Shown one piece after another: positions 25,584 through 32,000 of a stretch of 32,000 nt of DNA. How positions within the stretch are numbered: the first letter of the stretch is position 1; each line of letters opens with the position of its first letter. This stretch comes from Bacillus subtilis subsp. subtilis str. 168 (GTDB lineage Bacteria > Bacillota > Bacilli > Bacillales > Bacillaceae): contig NC_000964.3 in the NCBI RefSeq assembly GCF_000009045.1, forward strand, positions 270,001 to 302,000. Direction: 5' to 3'. The notes beneath the pieces were generated by a model. It was not told where the DNA came from. It did not search any database and was given only the letters and a program-made list of their open reading frames with translations. The translations under genes were made by a program, and so were the position numbers.

Positions 25584-26285
25584 TCAAAAATAGTAGTTTT
25601 GAAAATAATCAAGCTGCTGCTTAGTGATCATCGCTTTTTTAGACGTTCCCTCAAAGGAAACTGTGAATGAATGCTTGGTATAAGCGGAAAAATGCTTTAT
25701 GTAATGAATGTTGATAATAAAGGAACGATGCGAACGAAGAAAATCTTTTTCGGGCAGGTCGCCTTTAATATCATTTAATGTTTGATACGTTTGCACCTCT
25801 TCGGCGGTTGTCACAATCGTCGTCGAACGTCCCGTCCGTTCTGCGAAAATAATATCCTTCTTTTGCAGGACGTGCATTTCAGACTTTTGCTTTATCAATA
25901 TACGCCCATTCAAACTCGTTTCCGTTTTCTTTTTCAAGTACCGGTCGAAGGAAGCGGCCAGACGGTCGGCATAGTACGGCTTCATAATATAATCATGGAC
26001 GTTCAGGTCAAAGGCGTGAACCGCATAACCGCCGTGGCCGGTAACAAAAATCACATCCACATCAAGTGAATGGGATTTGATCAAATCAGCAAGCTCGTAG
26101 CCAGACATATGGGGCATCTCGATATCGGCAAGCAGCAGATCAATGTCTCCGTTCTTTACCCGCCTGTAGGCTTCCTTCGCTGAATCGGTGGAAAAGACAA
26201 TTTCGACGTCCTGCATTCTGGACACGATCGCTTCTAACTTCTCTAAATCTACTCGATAATCATCTACAAGTCCGACTTTTACCAT
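25584..26285 (-). CDS. natR: LytTR-family response regulator, 233 aa
   Basis: The track start 26291 is only 1 nt from AGGGGA. The ATG at 26285 has 6-nt spacing. Receiver domain (VGLVDDY, LLLADIEMP) plus a LytTR output domain (FLRSHRSFIINIHYI). Confidence 0.9.
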   Translation of the reverse strand: MVKVGLVDDYRVDLEKLEAIVSRMQDVEIVFSTDSAKEAYRRVKNGDIDLLLADIEMPHMSGYELADLIKSHSLDVDVIFVTGHGGYAVHAFDLNVHDYIMKPYYADRLAASFDRYLKKKTETSLNGRILIKQKSEMHVLQKKDIIFAERTGRSTTIVTTAEEVQTYQTLNDIKGDLPEKDFLRSHRSFIINIHYIKHFSAYTKHSFTVSFEGTSKKAMITKQQLDYFQNYYF

Positions 26286-26329
26286 TATCATTCCCCTAGT
26301 TACATAGAATCATCTTTATTCTATCCCAT

Positions 26330-26359
26330 TTCACGACATAAAAAGAACTCTTCGCGACA
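26330..26359 (+). promoter_or_regulatory. Candidate NatR (LytTR) binding site: 9-bp direct repeats with a 12-bp spacer, upstream of natA
   Basis: TTCACGACA (26330-26338), 12 nt, TTCGCGACA (26351-26359). AT-rich -10 candidates TATATA/TATAGT lie at 26387-26394, with only a weak -35. Confidence 0.5.
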
Positions 26360-26428
26360 ACTTTATCCAACTAATCCAGCTTTTCGTATATAGTCATTAC
26401 TAGAAATAAAGATAAGGGAGATTGTGAC

Positions 26429-27169
26429 ATGATTACACTGACCGATTGCAGCCGCAGGTTTCAGGATAAGAAAAAAGTAGTCAAAGCGGTGCGAGATGTA
26501 AGCTTAACAATTGAAAAAGGAGAAGTCGTCGGCATTCTCGGAGAAAACGGTGCCGGCAAAACGACGATGCTGAGAATGATTGCTTCCTTGCTTGAACCAT
26601 CACAGGGTGTAATCACAGTAGACGGCTTTGACACGGTCAAGCAGCCGGCTGAGGTCAAACAAAGAATCGGTGTCTTATTCGGAGGAGAAACCGGGCTTTA
26701 CGACAGGATGACCGCTAAAGAAAATCTCCAATACTTCGGCAGGCTGTATGGGCTGAACCGCCACGAGATCAAAGCAAGAATAGAAGATTTATCGAAACGG
26801 TTCGGCATGCGCGATTATATGAACCGGAGAGTGGGCGGGTTTTCGAAAGGCATGAGGCAGAAAGTCGCCATTGCCAGAGCGCTGATTCACGATCCGGACA
26901 TCATTTTATTTGATGAGCCGACAACTGGGCTTGATATTACGTCAAGCAACATCTTCCGCGAATTTATACAGCAGCTGAAAAGAGAACAAAAAACGATTCT
27001 TTTCTCCAGCCACATTATGGAGGAAGTGCAGGCGCTCTGTGACAGTGTCATCATGATTCACAGCGGAGAGGTGATTTACCGAGGGGCGCTTGAATCACTA
27101 TACGAGAGCGAGCGCAGTGAGGATTTGAATTACATCTTTATGTCTAAGCTTGTCAGGGGGATTTCTTAA
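26429..27169 (+). CDS. natA: ABC transporter ATP-binding protein (Na+ extrusion system), 246 aa
   Basis: Track ORF. Walker A GENGAGKTT, signature FSKGMRQKV, Walker B IILFDEP. Confidence 0.92.
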   Translation: MITLTDCSRRFQDKKKVVKAVRDVSLTIEKGEVVGILGENGAGKTTMLRMIASLLEPSQGVITVDGFDTVKQPAEVKQRIGVLFGGETGLYDRMTAKENLQYFGRLYGLNRHEIKARIEDLSKRFGMRDYMNRRVGGFSKGMRQKVAIARALIHDPDIILFDEPTTGLDITSSNIFREFIQQLKREQKTILFSSHIMEEVQALCDSVIMIHSGEVIYRGALESLYESERSEDLNYIFMSKLVRGIS

Positions 27170-28330
27170 ATGCTGAGCCATATTTATAAAAAAGAAATGA
27201 TCGACGCTTTACGCGACAGAAAAACGATATTACTCACAATCTTAGTGCCGATGATTATGATGCTTGGACTTGTCTTTTTTTATGAAAGCATGCTGTCCGA
27301 CAAAGGGGAGCAGTACACGCTGGCTGTCGGCCATTCGCTTCCGCCCGCACTGGAAAGCAAGCTTAATGAGATTGACGAAATCAGCGTAAAAACATTTGCA
27401 AAGCCTGAAGAGGCAGTTGATGAAGGAAAAGCAGATGCCTATCTGAACGTCCCGAAAGAGTTCGACTCATATGTCAACAGCATGACACCTTTTAAGGTTG
27501 ATGTTTACGGCAATTCAATCGATCAAGGGTCGTCAAATGCCATGCAGCTTGTGCAGTCTGCCTTAGATCAGTACAAAAATGAAATTGTGCAGCAACGTTT
27601 AACAAATAAGCATATTGATCAATCGGTGATCCAGCCGTTTACAATTCAGCAAAAGGAAGCGGATGAGGAGAAAGGGACTTCCGCTATTATGCTTTCCGCC
27701 ATTCTGCCCATGCTGATTCTGACTTCCATTGTTTCCGGCGCAATGCCGATCGCTCTTGATATCATGGCCGGTGAAAAGGACCGAAAGTCAATCGAGGCGC
27801 TGCTATTAACGCCAGTCAGCAGAAACAAAGTGCTGGTCGGCAAGTGGCTTGCGGTTTCCACTTTTGGCGTGGCTTCAGGTGTATTTGCTTTGGTGTTTTT
27901 GATTTTGTCCACCGTGTTATTTACCGAAAATTTAAAAACGGCCTTCCAGCTGGGAGATCATATGTGGAGTGTAATCGGCGCTTCAGCCTTAATCATTGTG
28001 CTCTCTGCATTGCTGATATCTGCGATGGAGCTTTTCATCAGCATCATGTCCAGCTCGGTAAAAGAAGCGCAAAGTTATATGTCTCTCGTCGTCTTTCTGC
28101 CTGTGTTCCCGATGTTTTTCATCTTCAGCAAGGCACCGAACCAATTTGACTTATCATACTTTCTCATCCCGTTTCTGAACCTGCATGCGTTATTTAAACA
28201 GCTTTTATTCGGGATGGTTGACCCGGCTACCATTTTGTCTACGTCAGGAACCATCGCCGTGCTCATCGCCATCTTCTTTTTACTAGCCAGAGCCTGCTTC
28301 CTGAAAGACAAATGGGTTCTTCCAAAATAA
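27170..28330 (+). CDS. natB: ABC-2 type permease of the Na+ extrusion system, 386 aa
   Basis: Track ORF. The ATG directly abuts the natA stop. One N-terminal TM span, a large extracytoplasmic loop and a C-terminal multi-TM bundle. Confidence 0.9.
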   Translation: MLSHIYKKEMIDALRDRKTILLTILVPMIMMLGLVFFYESMLSDKGEQYTLAVGHSLPPALESKLNEIDEISVKTFAKPEEAVDEGKADAYLNVPKEFDSYVNSMTPFKVDVYGNSIDQGSSNAMQLVQSALDQYKNEIVQQRLTNKHIDQSVIQPFTIQQKEADEEKGTSAIMLSAILPMLILTSIVSGAMPIALDIMAGEKDRKSIEALLLTPVSRNKVLVGKWLAVSTFGVASGVFALVFLILSTVLFTENLKTAFQLGDHMWSVIGASALIIVLSALLISAMELFISIMSSSVKEAQSYMSLVVFLPVFPMFFIFSKAPNQFDLSYFLIPFLNLHALFKQLLFGMVDPATILSTSGTIAVLIAIFFLLARACFLKDKWVLPK

Positions 28331-28337
28331 ACTTGCG

Positions 28338-28364
28338 AAAGGAGAAATACACTTTCTCCTTTTT
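28338..28364 (+). terminator. Intrinsic terminator after natB
   Basis: AAAGGAGAAA pairs with TTTCTCCTTT across a 5-nt loop, followed by a T-run. Confidence 0.8.
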
Positions 28365-28465
28365 GTATATCCTGAAAAAAGAAGGAAAATAGAAAAAGGA
28401 TATCTAATACAAAAAGTGACCCTGCACTATTTTTCATCAAAATTGGTTTCAAAGGAGAAGGAACA

Positions 28466-29398
28466 ATGGATCAAACACGTACACTCGGCAAAACGAAGCT
28501 GAAGGTGAAGCGGATCGGATTCGGCGCGAATGCGGTCGGCGGGCATAATCTATTTCCAAATCTAAATGATGAAACAGGGAAGGATTTAGTGCGCACGGCA
28601 TTGGATGGCGGCGTCAATTTTATCGATACCGCCTTTATATATGGATTGGGGCGATCTGAAGAATTAATCGGCGAAGTCGTACAGGAACGCGGCGTGCGGA
28701 ATGAGCTCATCATCGCCACCAAAGGAGCTCATAAAGAAGTGGACGGCAGCATTGAATTAGACAATAGCCGGGAGTTTCTTCGCAGCGAGGTGGAGAAGAG
28801 CCTGAAGCGGCTGAAAACAGATTACATTGATTTGTATTATGTTCACTTTCCGGATGGAAAAACACCTCTCGCTGAAGTGGCGGGCACTTTGAAAGAGCTG
28901 AAGGATGAGGGGAAAATCAAAGCGATCGGCGCTTCGAACCTCGATTATCAGCAATTGCAGGATTTTAATGCTGACGGCTATTTGGAGGTCTTCCAGGCCG
29001 AATATTCTCTCATACAGCGTGATGCCGAGAAAGAGCTTCTTCCATACTGTGAAAAACAAGGCATCTCCTTTATTCCTTACTTTCCGCTTGCGTCCGGACT
29101 GCTGACAGGAAAATTCACGCAAGACACAGTCTTTGATGATTTCAGAAAGGATAAACCTCAATTTCAGGGTGAAACGTTTATCCACAATCTCAAAAAAGTA
29201 GATAAGCTGAAAGCAGTAGCGGAGGAAAAACAAGCGGATACGGCACATGTCGCCTTGGCGTGGCTGTTAACGAGACCGGCGATTGATGCCATTATTCCAG
29301 GAGCTAAACGACCGGAGCAATTACAGGATAACCTGAAAACCTTGAACATTGAACTGACCGAAGATGAAGTGAATTTCATCAGCGACATTTTCAAATAA
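28466..29398 (+). CDS. yccK: Aldo-keto reductase family oxidoreductase, 310 aa
   Basis: Track ORF. AKR pattern ([34 protein letters not shown]). SD AAAGGAGAAGG. Confidence 0.9.
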
Positions 29399-29432
29399 AA
29401 AAGGAAATAGCCGTCATGGCTATTTCCTTTTG
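29398..29432. terminator. Bidirectional terminator between convergent yccK and ycdA
   Basis: AGGAAATAGCC (29402-29412) pairs with GGCTATTTCCT (29418-29428), flanked by A-run and T-run. Confidence 0.85.
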
Positions 29433-29437
29433 GTGTT

Positions 29438-30502
29438 TTATTCTTTGATGAATGCTTCGACTAATTCTGCTGCTCTGTAATCATCCATATCAAGCTGCCA
29501 TTGGTCGATGTCATTTTTCTTCATTTTCACTTCAACTGTTTTTTCAGATGAAGCAGGTCCAAGCTTTTTGAATTCCTCAGGATAGACTTGAAGCGCGTAT
29601 TTCACTGCCTCTTCATAGCTGGCACTAGAGTTTTTACTGTAGTAGTCTTTCACTTTGTCTTCGATGCGGTCTGAAAGAGAAGATGCATCTACAGGTTTAA
29701 CTGTGGCTTCAACAATTGCTTCGTCTTTAGAGATTGAAGTCGTTTTTGCTTGAATGGAAGAGTTTTTGCTTAATCCCTCTTTAATGCCGTTCACGATATT
29801 ATCAAGCGCTTTGCTGTCCGCATATGTGCTGGAAAGGCCGGAAGCTGAGAGATAACCGTCTTTGGCTGATTCATTAAAATCATTTACAATTTCATTTTTG
29901 TTAGCGCCGGTGATTTTTTCGAAATCGGCGTTATCTTTGCCGAAAAGAAGGACATCAACATAAGCTGATAACGCTTTTGCAGAATCTTGGAGCTTATCTG
30001 CCGTCGCCAGGATTTTTTTGTCTTTTCCGTCAATTTTAAAAGTAACTGATTTTGGCTTTTTATCACCGTAAGATTCCGGCGTATAGTTAAGCTCGTATTG
30101 CTTGCCTTTATCTACAACGAAGAAAAGATTTCCTTCAACGGATTTGTCAGCGTTAATCGTGCTGCCCTGAAGCTTTTCGCTATAGTCTTCAGGGTCTGTG
30201 TCAGACATTTTGGTATCACCTTGATACAATGTGAAATCCATACTGTCTACATTCAGCGGGTCTTTTCCTGTGTTTTTCACCGCGACATTGACTTTTAACA
30301 CAAGCTGGTCATCTGAAGTGGACTTATCATATTTAGACGGAAGTGTGTAAGAGACATCCTTGATTTTGACTTGAGCTATATCTGAGCTTTTTTCTGTTTC
30401 TGATTCTTTCTTCTCCGCGCTTGTTTTGCTGCCGGAACAAGCAGCTGTAAACATCATCAGCAGAAGAATTAGGAAAACAGCGTACGTTTTTTTCTGAAAC
30501 AT
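29438..30502 (-). CDS. ycdA: Lipoprotein of unknown function, 354 aa
   Basis: Track ORF. SD GAGGAGGAAAAA. Lipobox MMFTAAC. Lys/Asp/Ser-rich soluble domain. Confidence 0.88.
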   Translation of the reverse strand: MFQKKTYAVFLILLLMMFTAACSGSKTSAEKKESETEKSSDIAQVKIKDVSYTLPSKYDKSTSDDQLVLKVNVAVKNTGKDPLNVDSMDFTLYQGDTKMSDTDPEDYSEKLQGSTINADKSVEGNLFFVVDKGKQYELNYTPESYGDKKPKSVTFKIDGKDKKILATADKLQDSAKALSAYVDVLLFGKDNADFEKITGANKNEIVNDFNESAKDGYLSASGLSSTYADSKALDNIVNGIKEGLSKNSSIQAKTTSISKDEAIVEATVKPVDASSLSDRIEDKVKDYYSKNSSASYEEAVKYALQVYPEEFKKLGPASSEKTVEVKMKKNDIDQWQLDMDDYRAAELVEAFIKE

Positions 30503-30829
30503 TCATTTTTCCTCCTCAAATGGTTTAGGAAAGGGGAGTCTTTTGTCTTTGAGAAATGGATCTTTTTGAATGGATTAGCATCATATAACCAAAAAAATCA
30601 GTTCTTTTCTCACGGTTTTCACCGGATTTTCTGGAAACTCCGCCCTCCTTTGTCATGAATGGACCTATAAAAAGTTACAACGGAATTAATTTTAAGATTA
30701 TTAGCTTTTATATTGAATAGGTTCATCATCCTATTTTTGGTGAAAAATGTTCTGGTAAAACTGGTAAACTCAGAAAACTGTGTATTTTAGACTATTACTT
30801 TTTGATTAGTTGGAGGGAACTTAAGAAGG

Positions 30830-32000
30830 ATGAAAGGGGCCGCCTTTGTGAAGAAAGAGGGACTGAAACAAAAAGCACTGGAAATCGGCCGGGTGCCGAC
30901 ACACTTAAAACTGGAAATTGAAGATTATGGCGGTGATGATAAAAGAGCTCATTTTTGTTGGGCAGATCCTCAGGATGAGAATACCGGCATTATCGTGGAG
31001 CTTGGACCGGACGGAGAGCTGGAATCCCTTTCCCGTGATATTGAGCCTGAAAGCGGAGAAAGGCTGTCTGAGGAGAAACTAGAGGATATCATGCGCCAAT
31101 TTGTCGAGACTCATCATCCGGGGGCACTCTCTGCCTTTGTTCGTGAAGAAAATGACCGTGCATACGGCGATAAAGTGAGATTTTCATATGTTCAAATGGA
31201 GGCTGGGCTTCCTCTCCCCATGAGCGGATTTATGGCTGATGTTTCCTTATCAGGTGAGATTGTTTACTTCCGTTATTACGGCGAAGCGGGCAGCATCATC
31301 AAGCCAAAGCGGGTCGCGGATGTTGAAGAGGCACTTGCCTTTATCAAGAAGGACGTGGAGTTCGACCTTTTGTTTGAGGTTCTCCATCGTTCTGTTTACA
31401 AAAACGGAGATGATCAGCCGCATTTGGTGTACGAGCCTGAAGGTAGGGCGATTACCGTACCTGCGGATTTGGTTCAAGAAGAACAAGCAGTTGATGATGA
31501 CGATGATTACAGGGAGCCGGAGAGCTTTCCTCTCCCTTTATTCGAGGGCATCCGCGAAAAGGCCGATCCTGACAGCATGATTGGTATTGAAAATGGGTTT
31601 GTCAAAGAGCGGGAAGCGGATTTGGGAGATGGGAGAATTGGAATCGTTTGGCGGAATCCGGATGACCCTGTGTATCAGCCGGCGGATAAAAGCATGGACA
31701 GCTGGTTTAAGGGACGGACTCATCAAGTGCTGAAAACCATCTATAACAAAGAAACCGGAAAACTCGAAGGCGTCATGTCATTTATGGAGAAAAAAGGGCC
31801 GCTGACAGTAACCTTGGCAGAGTGTGAAAAAATCGCGCTTCGCTTTCTATTTGCTTTATTTCCGAATGCCGATCAATATTTTAGGATCAGATACGACGAA
31901 AAAGATGAAGAAGAAAACGCAGTCGCTGGTTTTACGTTTGAAGCGCATTGTCACGGAGTTCCGCTCCGATTTGGGCAGATCAGAATTTGTGTCAGCCGCC
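30830..32000 (+). CDS. ycdB: Protein of unknown function, N-terminal about 390 codons (3' end lies outside the window)
   Basis: Frame 2 is open from ATG 30830 to the window edge, so it is not in the ORF track. The translation begins MKGAAFVKKEGLKQKALEIGRVPTHLKLEIEDYGGDD. GTG 30848, 8 nt after AAAGGGG, is an alternative start. Coding-like composition and position after ycdA. Confidence 0.75.
   Translation, partial: MKGAAFVKKEGLKQKALEIGRVPTHLKLEIEDYGGDDKRAHFCWADPQDENTGIIVELGPDGELESLSRDIEPESGERLSEEKLEDIMRQFVETHHPGALSAFVREENDRAYGDKVRFSYVQMEAGLPLPMSGFMADVSLSGEIVYFRYYGEAGSIIKPKRVADVEEALAFIKKDVEFDLLFEVLHRSVYKNGDDQPHLVYEPEGRAITVPADLVQEEQAVDDDDDYREPESFPLPLFEGIREKADPDSMIGIENGFVKEREADLGDGRIGIVWRNPDDPVYQPADKSMDSWFKGRTHQVLKTIYNKETGKLEGVMSFMEKKGPLTVTLAECEKIALRFLFALFPNADQYFRIRYDEKDEEENAVAGFTFEAHCHGVPLRFGQIRICVSR

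Overview
From the protein sequences and gene order, I recognise this window as a Bacillus subtilis 168-type chromosome segment. This is recall, not a database search. The genes run from ycbD (3' end only) through gudP, gudD, ycbG, garD, ycbJ, the T-box/rtpLP/rtpA/ycbK operon, ycbL, ycbM, ycbN, ycbO, ycbP(-), cwlJ, ycbR, phoD, tatAd, tatCd, pcp(-), ycbU, lmrB(-), lmrA(-), ansZ, lipA/estA, yczC(-), yccF, natK(-), natR(-), natA, natB, yccK and ycdA(-) to ycdB (5' part only). The region is densely coding core or accessory-metabolism DNA. I found no rRNA, tRNA, CRISPR array, transposase, integrase, phage gene or recognisable defence cassette, and no gene looks inserted relative to the remembered 168 order. 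The supplied ORF track misses several things. It lacks the two short rtp reading frames (rtpLP, 10 codons; rtpA, 53 codons) and both CDSs that run off the window edges. It also over-extends the N-termini of about ten genes; I re-set those starts using Shine-Dalgarno spacing. I did not find a convincing new multi-gene system. The best second-look candidate is a 12-codon leader ORF (MAFIRFRVTRIQ, with an R-x-R motif). It is followed by a four-segment alternative-pairing region, an intrinsic terminator, and a hairpin that sequesters the Shine-Dalgarno sequence of ycbJ, an Mph-type macrolide phosphotransferase homologue. That layout resembles an antibiotic-responsive attenuator. Lesser items are a MinD-like C-terminal amphipathic tail on the vWA protein YcbR, the SEC-C plus HTH architecture of YccF, LytTR-style direct repeats in front of natAB, a strong terminator inside the phoD-tatAd-tatCd operon, overlapping stop codons of convergent tatCd and pcp, and the sensor-less kinase plus ABC module ycbLMNO.
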